NCBI GenBank assembly: GCA_038231275.1
Contig: JBBRLQ010000036.1
Span: forward strand, 1-64,000
DNA: 64,000 nucleotides
Source: Polyangiales bacterium
Lineage (GTDB): Bacteria > Myxococcota_A > Polyangia > Polyangiales > Polyangiaceae
Reading direction: 5' to 3'
Shown piece after piece: positions 31,995 to 42,124 of the stretch (its first letter is position 1; each line of letters begins with the position of its first letter). The position numbers were made by a program, and so were the translations under genes. The notes under the pieces were generated by a model, which ran no database searches, had not been told where the DNA came from, and saw only the letters and a program-made list of their open reading frames with translations.

Positions 31995-33104
31995 TCAGAA
32001 CGTGACGACTGTGCGGATCGCCTCGCCGGAGTGCATCGCCGCGAAGCCCTCGTTGATCTTCTCGAGGGGGATGACCTGCGACACGAGGCTGTCGATGTCG
32101 ATCTTCTTGTCCATGTACCAGTCGACGATCTTCGGCACGTCGGTGCGGCCTTTGGCGCCGCCGAACGCCGTCCCGCGCCACACGCGGCCGGTCACGAGCT
32201 GGAACGGACGCGTCGCGATCTCCTCGCCGGCGCCGGCGACACCGATGATGATGCTCTCGCCCCACCCCTTGTGGCAGCACTCGAGCGCGGTCCGCATGAC
32301 CCGGACGTCGCCGATGCACTCGAAGGTGTAGTCGGCGCCGCCGTTCGTCGTCTCGACGAGGTGGGCGACGAGATCGCCCTTCACGTCCTTGGGGTTCACG
32401 AAGTGCGTCATGCCGAATTTCTCGGCGAGCGGGCGCTTCTTGGGGTTCAAGTCGACGCCGACGATGCGGTCGGCGCCGGCGATGCGCGCGGCCTGGATGC
32501 AGTTGAGGCCGATTCCGCCGAGGCCGAAGACGACGACGTTGTCCCCCGGCTTCACCTTGGCGGTGTTGAAGACGGCGCCCAGGCCCGTCGTCACGCCGCA
32601 GCCGATGAGGCAGACTTTGTCGAACGGCGCGTCCTTGCGGATCTTCGCGAGCGCGATCTCCGGCACGACGGTGTGGCTCGCGAAGGTGCTGGTGCCCATG
32701 TAGTGGTGGAGCTTCTCTTTGCCGAACGAGAAGCGGCTCGTCCCGTCCGGCATGAGGCCCTTGCCTTGCGTCGCGCGGATCGCCTGGCACAGGTTCGTCT
32801 TTCCGCTCGTGCAGTACGAGCACTGCCGGCACTCCGGTGTGTAGAGCGGGATGACGTGGTCTCCCTTCGCGAGCGAAGTGACGTTCGGTCCGACGTCGAC
32901 GACGACGCCCGCGCCTTCGTGGCCGAGCACCGTGGGGAAGAGCCCCTCGGGGTCGCGACCGGAGAGCGTGAACTCGTCGGTGTGGCAGATGCCGGTCGCC
33001 TTGATCTCGACGAGCACCTCGCCGGACTTCGGACCCTCGAGGTCGATCGTCTCGATGGTGAGAGGCTTCTTCGGTTCGAATGCGACGGCGGCGCGGACCT
33101 TCAT
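31995..33104 (-). CDS. frmA: S-(hydroxymethyl)glutathione dehydrogenase / class III alcohol dehydrogenase
   Basis: [23 protein letters not shown]...[22 protein letters not shown]. Confidence 0.97.
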   Translation of the reverse strand: MKVRAAVAFEPKKPLTIETIDLEGPKSGEVLVEIKATGICHTDEFTLSGRDPEGLFPTVLGHEGAGVVVDVGPNVTSLAKGDHVIPLYTPECRQCSYCTSGKTNLCQAIRATQGKGLMPDGTSRFSFGKEKLHHYMGTSTFASHTVVPEIALAKIRKDAPFDKVCLIGCGVTTGLGAVFNTAKVKPGDNVVVFGLGGIGLNCIQAARIAGADRIVGVDLNPKKRPLAEKFGMTHFVNPKDVKGDLVAHLVETTNGGADYTFECIGDVRVMRTALECCHKGWGESIIIGVAGAGEEIATRPFQLVTGRVWRGTAFGGAKGRTDVPKIVDWYMDKKIDIDSLVSQVIPLEKINEGFAAMHSGEAIRTVVTF

Positions 33105-33162
33105 CGTGACGTCTCCTTGCGAGGTGCGAAGCCGACGTTACCAGTGCTAGGCTCATCTCCCA

Positions 33163-34548
33163 ATGAGTGCTTCCCACGACGAAGAGCTGAAGAGCTTGCT
33201 CGACCTCGGCGACCGCATCGTCGCGCGCGCCACCAAGGGCGGCGTCACCGTGGCCGAGTGCATGCTTCGCTCGGGACGCGAGCTGTCGGCGAAGGTCCGC
33301 CTCGGCGAGCCCGAGCTGGTCGAGGAGGCGGGCCACCGCTCGGCGGGGATGCGCGTCATGAAGGGGAAGCGCGTCGCGATCACGTCGACGAGCGATCTCA
33401 CGGAGCACGGCATCGATCGCTTCGTCAAAGACGCGATCGAGCTCGTGGAGCTGTCGCAGGAAGACCCGTTCGCAGGGCCGGCCGATCCGAAGCTCCTCAT
33501 GAATCCGAAGGATGCGCCGGAGCTGGATCTGTTCGATCCGGCGGGCGGGAGCGTCGACGCCGCGCAGGCGATCGCGATGGCCAAGAAGGGCGAGGACGCC
33601 GCGCGCAAGCAGGACGCGCGCATCACCAACAGCGAAGGCGCCACGTTCGGTCGCACGGCCGGCGGCGCGGCGATCGTGCTCTCGAGCGGATTTCGTGCGG
33701 CGTACAAGGGATCGTACGCGTCGCTCTCCGTCGTGCCGGTCGCCGAGGACGTCGGCGGCAAGAAGCGACGCGGCTACCACTGGACGGCCAAGCGCTTCCT
33801 CGCAGAGATGGACGACCCCGCCAAGGTCGGCGAAGAGGCGGCGCGCCGCACGGTGCGCAAGCTCGGCGCCAAGAGCGTCACGACCGGCGAGTTTCCGGTC
33901 GTCTTCGATCCCGACACCGCGCGCTCCATCCTTGGCATGCTCGCCGGGTGCATCATGGGCAGCTCGATCTGGCGAAAGGCGAGCTACCTCGTCGGCCGCG
34001 AGGGCACCCAGGTCGCGAGCGATCTCGTCGACGTCGTGGACGATGCGCTCATCCCGCGCGCGCCTGGCTCGCGTCCGTACGACGGCGAAGGCCTCGCCAG
34101 CCGCAAGAACGTCGTCGTCGAGAAGGGCGTCCTCCGCACCTACCTCTGCGACAGCTACTCGGCCCGCAAGCTCGGGCGCGAGAGCACCGGCAGCGCAGGG
34201 CGCGGCGGCGGCGCGGGCGTCTCGTGCAGCACGACCAATTTCATCTTGCAGCCCGGTAAGGACTCGCCCGAGTCGATCGTGAAAGGGACCAAGCGCGGCC
34301 TTTACGTCACCGACATGATGGGCTTCGGCTTCAACGCGGTGACCGGCGACTTCTCGCGCGGCGCGAGCGGCTTCTGGATCGAGAACGGCGAGCTGACCTT
34401 CCCCGTGAGCGAAGTCACGATCTCGCTCAACGTCGACGATCTCTTCAAGAGTATCGACGCGATCGGGAGCGATCTGGACCTTCGCACCTCGACCGCGGCG
34501 CCGACCCTCCGGGTCGCGAAGATGACGGTGGCCGGCTCGGTCGGCTGA
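33163..34548 (+). CDS. pmbA: TldD/PmbA family protein (PmbA/TldE type)
   Basis: SRPYDGEG, GFNAVTGDFSRGASGFWIENGE..PVSEVTI; no HExxGH, so it is the non-catalytic subunit type. Confidence 0.9.
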   Translation: MSASHDEELKSLLDLGDRIVARATKGGVTVAECMLRSGRELSAKVRLGEPELVEEAGHRSAGMRVMKGKRVAITSTSDLTEHGIDRFVKDAIELVELSQEDPFAGPADPKLLMNPKDAPELDLFDPAGGSVDAAQAIAMAKKGEDAARKQDARITNSEGATFGRTAGGAAIVLSSGFRAAYKGSYASLSVVPVAEDVGGKKRRGYHWTAKRFLAEMDDPAKVGEEAARRTVRKLGAKSVTTGEFPVVFDPDTARSILGMLAGCIMGSSIWRKASYLVGREGTQVASDLVDVVDDALIPRAPGSRPYDGEGLASRKNVVVEKGVLRTYLCDSYSARKLGRESTGSAGRGGGAGVSCSTTNFILQPGKDSPESIVKGTKRGLYVTDMMGFGFNAVTGDFSRGASGFWIENGELTFPVSEVTISLNVDDLFKSIDAIGSDLDLRTSTAAPTLRVAKMTVAGSVG

Positions 34549-34616
34549 CGATCCACCATAAAAAGCCGTTGATTCGCGAGGTGTAAGGCGGGGCGCGCGT
34601 TGCGCGTTCTCTCCTC

Positions 34617-35471
34617 ATGAAGCCGAGCCCCCGTGCGTTCGCCGCCGTAGCCCTCCTCGTCCTTGCGCCGCTCGCCGTCGGGTGCGGAAAGAAGGCGGAT
34701 CGATCCGCCGACGCGCCCGCCGCGGCAGGGGTATCCGCTCCGACCGCTCCCGTCGCGCAGTCGACGCCGGGTGCGACCGACGCGAGGCCGGCGGGTCGCC
34801 TCGCGCTGCTGGAGGTCCACGCGCAGATCGAGCTCGAGCTGACGGACACCAAGCGCGCCAAGGCGATCGCCGGAAAGCTCGAGGACTTCGCGCGATCGAA
34901 CGGCGGCTACGTCGCCGACTCGAAGGACGACGGGACCTCCACCCACATGGTCCTGCGCATCCCCGCCGCCGAGCTCCGCAACGCGCGCGCGCAGCTCGCG
35001 GGCGAAGGCTCGATCGTTCGCGAGAGCGAGCAGTCGATCGACGTGACCGACGCGATCGCCGATCTCGACGCGCGCCTCCGGTCTGCGCGCATCGAGGAGA
35101 CGCGCATCCTGAAGCTCCTCGAAGAGAAGAGCGGATCCATCACGGACGTCCTCGCCGCCGAGCGCGCCCTCGCCGACGTCCGGCAGCGCGTCGAGCGCCT
35201 CGAGGCCGATCAGCGCGTCGCGCAGGGCCGCGTCGATCTCGCGACCCTCGAGATCACGATGCACCGCCCGAGCGCCCTTCCGGTCGAGCCCGGCGTCGGC
35301 GAGCGCATCTCGGAGGCCGCGAAGGACGGCGTCACTGGCGTGAAGATCGTGTCGATGGGCCTCGTGACGACCGGCCTCCGCGCCGGGCCGACGCTGCTCT
35401 TCTTCGCCGCGATCGGGGGTGCGATCTTGCTTGCGGTGCGCCGCCTCCGCAAGGTAGCCCGTAACGGGTGA
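34617..35471 (+). CDS. DUF4349-type lipoprotein
   Basis: Lipobox AVGC; GGYV, LRIPA, DVT....DL.ARL, coiled coil, C-terminal TM helix. Confidence 0.8.
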   Translation: MKPSPRAFAAVALLVLAPLAVGCGKKADRSADAPAAAGVSAPTAPVAQSTPGATDARPAGRLALLEVHAQIELELTDTKRAKAIAGKLEDFARSNGGYVADSKDDGTSTHMVLRIPAAELRNARAQLAGEGSIVRESEQSIDVTDAIADLDARLRSARIEETRILKLLEEKSGSITDVLAAERALADVRQRVERLEADQRVAQGRVDLATLEITMHRPSALPVEPGVGERISEAAKDGVTGVKIVSMGLVTTGLRAGPTLLFFAAIGGAILLAVRRLRKVARNG

Positions 35472-35797
35472 CCCCCGACGAGCTGAAGGCGCTGCGAAAA
35501 GAGCTGGCGTGCACCGCGAAGGAGCTCGCCGCCGTCCTCGGCCTCGAGCAGGTGACGGTCCTCATGTGGGAGAAGGGTGAGCTCTTCCCGACCAAGCCGT
35601 TCATCGACAAGATGGAGCAGCTGCGGAAGAAGGGGCCCGGCGCCATCCCGCGCAAATCCAAGGGGACGGACCCCATCAAGACGCTGACCGACGCCGCGTT
35701 CTGGGAGCTCGTGAGAAAGCTCGCCGCGCACAAGAAGCTGCGCGACGAGGTGACGAAGATGGCCGCCGCCTACAGCGATCCCGCCGCGGACGAGTGA
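35468..35797 (+). CDS. XRE-family helix-turn-helix protein
   Basis: LKALRKEL.CT..ELA..LG....TV..WEKG..P. Confidence 0.85.
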   Translation: MTPDELKALRKELACTAKELAAVLGLEQVTVLMWEKGELFPTKPFIDKMEQLRKKGPGAIPRKSKGTDPIKTLTDAAFWELVRKLAAHKKLRDEVTKMAAAYSDPAADE

Positions 35798-35800
35798 CGG

Positions 35801-36901
35801 TCAGCCCGCTTCTTCGTTGTCGGGGCTCGCGTCGGTGCGGTGAGCCTCGGCCTCGTGCTCGTCTTCTGCTTCGTGCTCGTCGTGCGCGGCGTGCTCGCCG
35901 GTGTCGTGCCCGGCGAGAGGCGTGGGCGCGATCGTGTCGCGTGGCATGTCGGGGCTCGGGTGCTCTTCGGCCATCTTGTCGGCCTCGATCGCGGCAGCCT
36001 GCACGGTCTCCAACGTCTCGCCGAGCTCTTGCTCGACGACGCGCCGCGAATCCTCCGTCAGCTCCGCGAACTCGCGCAGCGTCGGCAAGTCCTTCACCGA
36101 TTTGAGGCCGAAGAACTCGAGGAACTCGGTCGTCGTCCCGTAGAGGAGCGGCCGGCCTGGCTCGTCCTTCTTACCGAGGATGCGCACGAGATCGCGCTCG
36201 AGCAGGATCTTGAGGACGGGGCCCGAGTCGACGCCGCGGATCTCGTCGATCTCCGGGCGTGTCACCGGTTGGCGGTAGGCGAGGATCGCGAGCGTCTCGA
36301 TCTGCGCGCGTGAAAGCTTCACCGGCTTCTGCTTCGTCAGGTCGCGCACGAACGGCGCGTAGACGGGGCTCGTGCGGAAGAGCCACCCACCGGCGATCTC
36401 TTCGAGCTGAACTCCGCGGTTCACGTACTCGCCGCGGAGCTCCTCGAGCAGCTCCTTCACTTCCTTCACCTGCGCCGACGCGGTCTTCGCCAGATCGTTC
36501 GGCTTGATCGGGTGATCGCTCGCGAAGACGAGCGCCTCCAGCAGGCCCCGCAGGTGCTTGCGCGTCGCGTGCGGCAGCCCTTCTGCGACGGCGTCCGGCA
36601 GCGCCGTCTGCGTCGTCGCCTCGAGATCGTCGCGCCCCGGGATCGAGAAGATGTCGCCGGTGAGGTTCACCGTCGCCTCCACGTCCATGTCGTCGGCGAG
36701 GCCGTTCGTGGCTTCCCGGATCTCGACGTCGGCCTCGGGCATCGCGTCGTCGACGGCCGGGCTCGGCGGCGGCTCGGGATGCGCCTGCTCTGCGTGCTCT
36801 GCCTGCTCCGCCTGCTCTGCCTGCTCTGCCGCGTCGACCTGCGGCGCACCTTGCTCCGGCGGCGGCGCCGACGACTTGCCCTTCTTCGTCTTCTTGCTCA
36901 C
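35801..36901 (-). CDS. scpB: SMC-Scp complex subunit ScpB with a long acidic N-terminal extension
   Basis: LEALVFAS, LSRAQIETLAILAYRQPVTR.EI..IRGV, PGRPLLYGTT.EFL.FFGL; GTG overlaps the scpA stop. Confidence 0.95.
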   Translation of the reverse strand: MSKKTKKGKSSAPPPEQGAPQVDAAEQAEQAEQAEHAEQAHPEPPPSPAVDDAMPEADVEIREATNGLADDMDVEATVNLTGDIFSIPGRDDLEATTQTALPDAVAEGLPHATRKHLRGLLEALVFASDHPIKPNDLAKTASAQVKEVKELLEELRGEYVNRGVQLEEIAGGWLFRTSPVYAPFVRDLTKQKPVKLSRAQIETLAILAYRQPVTRPEIDEIRGVDSGPVLKILLERDLVRILGKKDEPGRPLLYGTTTEFLEFFGLKSVKDLPTLREFAELTEDSRRVVEQELGETLETVQAAAIEADKMAEEHPSPDMPRDTIAPTPLAGHDTGEHAAHDEHEAEDEHEAEAHRTDASPDNEEAG

Positions 36902-37746
36902 GTCACGCCCTCGCGCGCGGCCTCGTCGACGCTCGGCGCGTCGATCGGCGCGATGTCCGCGGCGTTCTCGGAGAGCTCTACGTACAGCGGGGACAGCGGC
37001 TCGGTCTGGAAGAGGCGGGTCATTCGGAGCTTGGTCATCTCGAGCAAGGCCAAAAACGTGATCACGAGGTCGAACTTGGAGGTGAGCCCCGTGAAGAGCT
37101 CGTCGAACACGATACGCTTTTTGTCGCGAAGGGCGTCGGTGAGCTCGTTGATGCGGTCTGCGAGGCTGATTCGGTCGGCGAGGATGTCGTGCGAGATCTT
37201 GACCTTGCTCCGCGCGAGCACGGCCTGGAACGCCTCGACGAGCGAGTAGAGCGGGATGTCCGCGAGCGGGGCGAGGCCGGAGTGGACCGCCTCGTCGATC
37301 GCCACGCCGCGCGTGAACGCGTCCGCGCCGGTGATGCCGCGCGCCGCGAGGTCCGCCGCCGCCTGCTTGTACTTTTGGTACTCGAGCAATCGCCGAATGA
37401 GGGCCTGGCGCGGATCCTCTTCTTCTTGGAGCGGATCGTCCTCTTGCCCCGGCGGCGGCGCAGGGAGCAGCGACTTCGACTTGATGTGCGCGAGCGTCGC
37501 GGCCATGAGCAGGTACTCGCTCGCGACGTCGAGGTTCATCAGCGACATGACGCTGAGGTACTCGAGGTACTTCTCGGTCACGAAGGAGATGGGGATGTCG
37601 AGGATGTCGAGCTCGTGCTTCTGGCAAAGGTGCAGGAGAAGATCGAGGGGACCTTCGAAATCTCCCGCCGGCAGCGCGACCTTGTAGGTGTCCTGCCCCG
37701 CTTCGAGGATTTCGGGCTGTTCTTGCTGCGGATCGGGCTCGGACAC
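36898..37746 (-). CDS. scpA: Segregation and condensation protein ScpA
   Basis: FEGPLDLLLHL, ASEYLLMAATL..IKS..LLP, TFLALLEM. Confidence 0.96.
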   Translation of the reverse strand: MSEPDPQQEQPEILEAGQDTYKVALPAGDFEGPLDLLLHLCQKHELDILDIPISFVTEKYLEYLSVMSLMNLDVASEYLLMAATLAHIKSKSLLPAPPPGQEDDPLQEEEDPRQALIRRLLEYQKYKQAAADLAARGITGADAFTRGVAIDEAVHSGLAPLADIPLYSLVEAFQAVLARSKVKISHDILADRISLADRINELTDALRDKKRIVFDELFTGLTSKFDLVITFLALLEMTKLRMTRLFQTEPLSPLYVELSENAADIAPIDAPSVDEAAREGVT

Positions 37747-37828
37747 TGGGCCTTAGGTAACCTCGCCTGGCCCCTTGGGACAAGAGCCAGCGGGCTTTCC
37801 TCGGAAAATAGGCTGATCTTGAGGTGCT

Positions 37829-39451
37829 TTAGAGCCGACGCAGCTCCTGCACGAAGAAGAAGGCGATGATGGCGAGGCCGATCATTCCTTCGAGGAGCGC
37901 GGCGGCGGCGAGGCGCGGTCCGACCATCGCCGACGCGTAGACGTAGCTCGTGCCGGCGATGCAGGTCGCGCCGACCACGAAGACGTCGAAGAGAGACGGT
38001 CCACGCCCGGCGCGACCGCGGACCTGGTGAACCTCGCCGGTGAACATGCGCGCGAGCACCAGGAAGAGGACCATGCCGAGGTAGGACATGCCGCCGGGGG
38101 CCGAGAGGAAGAAATCGTAGGCGCCGTGTATCGCCACCATCGTGAGGAACGTCTTGGACGCGTCGAAGCCGAGGCGCTCGGGATCGCGCGCGCCCTCCCA
38201 CAGCGCGGCGGCGGCGAGGCCGGTGAGCGCCATGTGGAGAAAGTTCGCGGTGAGGAAGCGCGCCATCGCGTTCGTGAGATCGGCGCTCGCGAAGTAGGCG
38301 AGGTTCTCGATCGTCGCGAAGCCGAGGCCGACGAGCGCGCCGGCGACGAGGACGTCGAGCTTCGTCGCGTTTCCGCGTCGCAAGATCGGTACGAGCGGCG
38401 CGAAGAGGAGGAGCTTCGACAGCTCCTCGCGGAAGCCGACGCCGAAGAGGTAAAAGAGCGCGTCGCGGCCCATGTCGCCGGTCTGCGTGAGGTGGAGGAT
38501 CGACTCCTGGAGCGCGATGAGCGCGTCGGTCGGCACGATGCTGAGCGCGCCCAGCACCGGCGCGAGCAGAAAAATCGGCACGCGGAACGCTGGACGCTCG
38601 GTCGCCCGGCCGAGGCGAAAACAGAACGCGAACCACGCCAGGCACGACACCGCGGCGAGGAGAAACGTCCCCAGCGTGACGCGCCCTGCCCACGCGACGG
38701 TCCACGAGAGGCGCGCGACGGCGGGCCAGTTTCGCGACTCGACCGCGTACCGAAAGCGAACCCACGGCGCCGCGAGCGCCACGACGCGCGTGTCCGAGAG
38801 CTTCTTTCCGATCCCCTCCCAGTCGTGGTCGCGCTCGAGCAGCGCGAACATCATCGCGATGTCGTTGGACCGCCCGAACGCGAGGCCCTCGCGCTCGAAG
38901 CGACGGAGCCCCTCCGCGGCGTCGCCGCGCACGAGGGCGCGCTTCGCCAAGAGGTGGTTGGCCCAGGGCGTGGGCGTCGCGCCGTCCGCCGCTGCCTCCA
39001 CCCGCGCTTGATCCTCGGCGAGGACGCCGCCCCCGAGCACGTCGCGCCAGTAGCGACCGAGCAGGGCGATCTCGGGCGCGAGCGTCGGCTTGTCCAGGAT
39101 CTCTTCGAGCGCGTGATCGCGGATGCTCTCGGCGGCCTTGCGCTTGCCGTGGTCGAACGTCTCGAGCGTGCCGTCCTCGTCGCGTGCGCGGCGGTGCGGG
39201 GGAGGCGCGCCGCTCCGCGTCTGTGCTTCGAGGAACGCGACGACGAGGGGGACGGTCACGTCACCGGATTCGAGCTCCTGGAAGTACAGCTCGGCCGCCT
39301 TATCATAGTGCCCCGCGCCGGCCAGGCGCATGGCCTGGACTTCACGAGGGGTGTGCCCGCGCATCCACACATCGAGGCCCGCGCCCGCGGCGACGGATCC
39401 GAGAAGGATCGCGGCGAGGAGCCAGCGTAGCCAGAGAGGAAAGGGGCGCAT
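37829..39451 (-). CDS. PrsW-family intramembrane metalloprotease with a large N-terminal helical extracytoplasmic domain
   Basis: EELSK, GLGFATIEN, NFLH and IHGAYD motifs in a multi-TM C-terminal half. Confidence 0.85.
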   Translation of the reverse strand: MRPFPLWLRWLLAAILLGSVAAGAGLDVWMRGHTPREVQAMRLAGAGHYDKAAELYFQELESGDVTVPLVVAFLEAQTRSGAPPPHRRARDEDGTLETFDHGKRKAAESIRDHALEEILDKPTLAPEIALLGRYWRDVLGGGVLAEDQARVEAAADGATPTPWANHLLAKRALVRGDAAEGLRRFEREGLAFGRSNDIAMMFALLERDHDWEGIGKKLSDTRVVALAAPWVRFRYAVESRNWPAVARLSWTVAWAGRVTLGTFLLAAVSCLAWFAFCFRLGRATERPAFRVPIFLLAPVLGALSIVPTDALIALQESILHLTQTGDMGRDALFYLFGVGFREELSKLLLFAPLVPILRRGNATKLDVLVAGALVGLGFATIENLAYFASADLTNAMARFLTANFLHMALTGLAAAALWEGARDPERLGFDASKTFLTMVAIHGAYDFFLSAPGGMSYLGMVLFLVLARMFTGEVHQVRGRAGRGPSLFDVFVVGATCIAGTSYVYASAMVGPRLAAAALLEGMIGLAIIAFFFVQELRRL

Positions 39452-39622
39452 CGCGTGAGCTGAGCCATTTTACCGAGGGCCCAGCGCCGGAGCGTAGCGC
39501 AGCCTGTGGGTGCATGGGGCAGTCCATCGCGGTGGACGACGTTCGTGGCGTGCCCGGTGACTCGTGGCATGAAACTCGCTGCGTGTGGCCACTGAACGGG
39601 TACGATTGGAGCCGGTCCCTGG

Positions 39623-42115
39623 GTGAATCGCGCGGTAAGTCTGTCCAAGCTGTGCACGACGTGCGGCGCACGGTACGCCGCCGATGCGCTCTTCTGTCCC
39701 AGCGATGGGACTCCGTTGAGCAGCAACGCCGCTGCTGGCGCGGCGAACGCAGGCGGTCCTGACGCGCCGGACCCGTATCTAGGTCGCGAAATTTCAGGGC
39801 ATATCGAGATTCGTCAGCTCGCCGGAGTCGGCGCGATGGGGCGCGTCTATCGCGCGTTCCAAAAAGGGATCGATCGCGACGTCGCGGTGAAGATCCTCCA
39901 TCGCGAGCTGAGCGCGAACCAGCAGCTCGTCCAGCGCTTTCATCGCGAAGCCAAAGTGGCATCGCGCCTCCAGCACCCGAACGTCGTGCAAGTGCACCTC
40001 GCCGGGCAGCTGCCCGACGGCGCCATGTACATCGTGATGGAGTACCTCGACGGATTGTCACTCCAGAGCGCGCTCGCCGCCGCCGGTGGCGCGATGCCGC
40101 TGCCGCGCGCGATGCACTCGGCCTTCCAGCTCTGCGACGCGGTCGGCGAAGCGCACGCGCAGGGCGTCGTGCACCGCGATTTGAAGCCCGAAAACGTGAT
40201 GCTCGTGCGCCGCCACGACGACGCCGACTACGTGAAGGTCCTCGACTTCGGCATCGCGCGCCTCAATTGGGGCGATCAATCGATGGCGACGGCGGCGGGC
40301 CTCATCTTCGGCACCGCGAGGTACATCTCGCCGGAGGGCGCGCAGGGCGAGCAGGTCGGTCCGGCGGGCGACGTGTACGGCATCGCGACGCTGCTCTTCC
40401 AGATGCTTGCGGGGCGAACGCCGTTCGAGGGAGACCAGGCGGTGGCGCTCCTCGTCCAACAGATCCACGACGCGCCGCCCGATCTCCGGGCGATGGCGCG
40501 CTCCGCGTACGTGCCGGAGCCGATCGCGGCGGCGATCATGAAAAACCTCGCCAAGTCTCCCGCCGCGCGTGATCCCGATGCGCGCGCGTTCGGCCGCGCG
40601 CTCATCGACGCGGCGAGGGAGAGCGGGATGTCGCCGGACGACCTGATCATGCGCTCGGGGCTCATTGGCGGGCGACAGAGCGGCGCGATGCAGCTGCCGC
40701 CGATGCAGCGCACCAAGCAGCTCGAGCTCTCCGCGGAGATGAGCGAGCGTCTCGCGCGGACGCCGGAGGCCTCGGGGAGCGCGCCTTCGCTGCCGAGGGA
40801 GCCGACGCCGACGCCGCCGCCTGCGAACCGCCCGCAGAATGGCTCGCCGTATTTTCCCGCGCCGAGCGCGCCGACGACAAAGTGGACTCCCCCGCCGGGC
40901 TTCGCTGCGCAGCTCTCGCCGCCGCGCCCGACGCTGCCGTCCGATCCCAAGGGGCCGGAAGAGACGCTGGACGACGAGTCGGCGCCGATCGTCCCCGCGC
41001 CGCCGTCGAGCGAGCCCATTCGGCCCGCGCGCCGCTCGTCGCCCGCGCCGCTCGCCGAGACCACGCCCGCGACGATGCCGCCCGACGTGCTCTACTCACC
41101 GCCGCCGCCGGCGCCGCTTCGTGCGGCTGCAGGTGCGCCGTATTATTTGCCGCCGACCGCGACCGCACCGGGCGCGACAATCTCGAAGCCTGACGCCCCG
41201 GAGCTCGACGAGGACGCGCGACGGGCTCCGCGTCGTCGCAAGTCGCGCGCGGCGGTGCTCGTGCTGTTCTGTTTCCTCCTCGGCGCGGCGCTCGCCGTCG
41301 CGTTCGGATGGCGGGCGGGCGTGATGGGACCTCGCGCCGCGGCTGGCTCCCTCGACGATCAAATCGCGCGCGCGCAAGAAGCGCTGAAGCACAAGCGATG
41401 GGACGCGCCGCCCGGCGACAACGTGAAGGACCTCACGACCGATGGCCTGTCGCGTTGGCCCGCCGACGCGCGTCTCGTCGAGGTGCGCGAGCGCGCGAGC
41501 GATGAGCTCGTCAAAGAGGCGTTGGGCCGTAAATTCTCGGGCGACTTGACGCAGGCCCTCCACCTCGCGCGCTTGGCGCTGGAGCTCGACCCCAGCGATA
41601 CGACGGCGCAGCACCTCGTGCAGGAGCTCGAGCAGGCAGTCGGACAAGCGACGAGCGCGCTCTCGACGCCGCCGCCCATCCCGCTCCGTCCGCCGTCGGC
41701 GCAGGTTCCGCCTCCGCGTCCGCCGCCTCCCGGTCCGATCGGGCCGGCCGGCGTGCGCGTCACGCTCGACGCGTCGTCGGCGAAGCCGCGCGTGGGTCAG
41801 CAGGTCGATCTCGTCGCGCGGATCGCGTCCGGCGGCGGCGCGCCGAAGAGCCTCGCCGAGGATCCGCACTTCCTCATCTCCGGCCCCGGTGGCGGCGCGA
41901 CGCGGCTCAATGCGTCCGCCGAGGGCACCGGCATCTTCCGCGCGTCGTTCAGCTTCCTCGAGGCCGGTAAATACGACATCACGTTCAACGCGAAGCTCGA
42001 CGGCAACGCGGTCCGTGCCGCCCGCGGCGTCACCGCGGGCGCTCCGGGCCCCGCACCCACGCCCTCCGGGGATCCGCCGACACCGCCGCCGACGCCGTCG
42101 GGAAAATGGCTGTAA
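39623..42115 (+). CDS. Membrane Ser/Thr protein kinase (zinc ribbon, kinase, Pro-rich linker, TM, extracellular domain)
   Basis: CTTC..FCPSDG, GAMGRVY, VAVK, HRDLKPEN, DFG, GTARYISPE, TM helix. Confidence 0.93.
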   Translation: MNRAVSLSKLCTTCGARYAADALFCPSDGTPLSSNAAAGAANAGGPDAPDPYLGREISGHIEIRQLAGVGAMGRVYRAFQKGIDRDVAVKILHRELSANQQLVQRFHREAKVASRLQHPNVVQVHLAGQLPDGAMYIVMEYLDGLSLQSALAAAGGAMPLPRAMHSAFQLCDAVGEAHAQGVVHRDLKPENVMLVRRHDDADYVKVLDFGIARLNWGDQSMATAAGLIFGTARYISPEGAQGEQVGPAGDVYGIATLLFQMLAGRTPFEGDQAVALLVQQIHDAPPDLRAMARSAYVPEPIAAAIMKNLAKSPAARDPDARAFGRALIDAARESGMSPDDLIMRSGLIGGRQSGAMQLPPMQRTKQLELSAEMSERLARTPEASGSAPSLPREPTPTPPPANRPQNGSPYFPAPSAPTTKWTPPPGFAAQLSPPRPTLPSDPKGPEETLDDESAPIVPAPPSSEPIRPARRSSPAPLAETTPATMPPDVLYSPPPPAPLRAAAGAPYYLPPTATAPGATISKPDAPELDEDARRAPRRRKSRAAVLVLFCFLLGAALAVAFGWRAGVMGPRAAAGSLDDQIARAQEALKHKRWDAPPGDNVKDLTTDGLSRWPADARLVEVRERASDELVKEALGRKFSGDLTQALHLARLALELDPSDTTAQHLVQELEQAVGQATSALSTPPPIPLRPPSAQVPPPRPPPPGPIGPAGVRVTLDASSAKPRVGQQVDLVARIASGGGAPKSLAEDPHFLISGPGGGATRLNASAEGTGIFRASFSFLEAGKYDITFNAKLDGNAVRAARGVTAGAPGPAPTPSGDPPTPPPTPSGKWL

Positions 42116-42124
42116 GCTAGCGGC

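Noticed and set aside
33163..34548. PmbA as a marker of a RiPP or microcin cluster
   Set aside because: No precursor peptide, YcaO or other modifying enzyme is adjacent; stand-alone pmbA is common.
35468..35797. XRE gene as an antitoxin or prophage repressor
   Set aside because: No toxin, integrase or phage genes are nearby; it is coupled to a DUF4349 lipoprotein gene.
36784..36830. 9-bp repeat in scpB
   Set aside because: It is a low-complexity AEQ coding repeat in a disordered extension, with no sign of a separate function.
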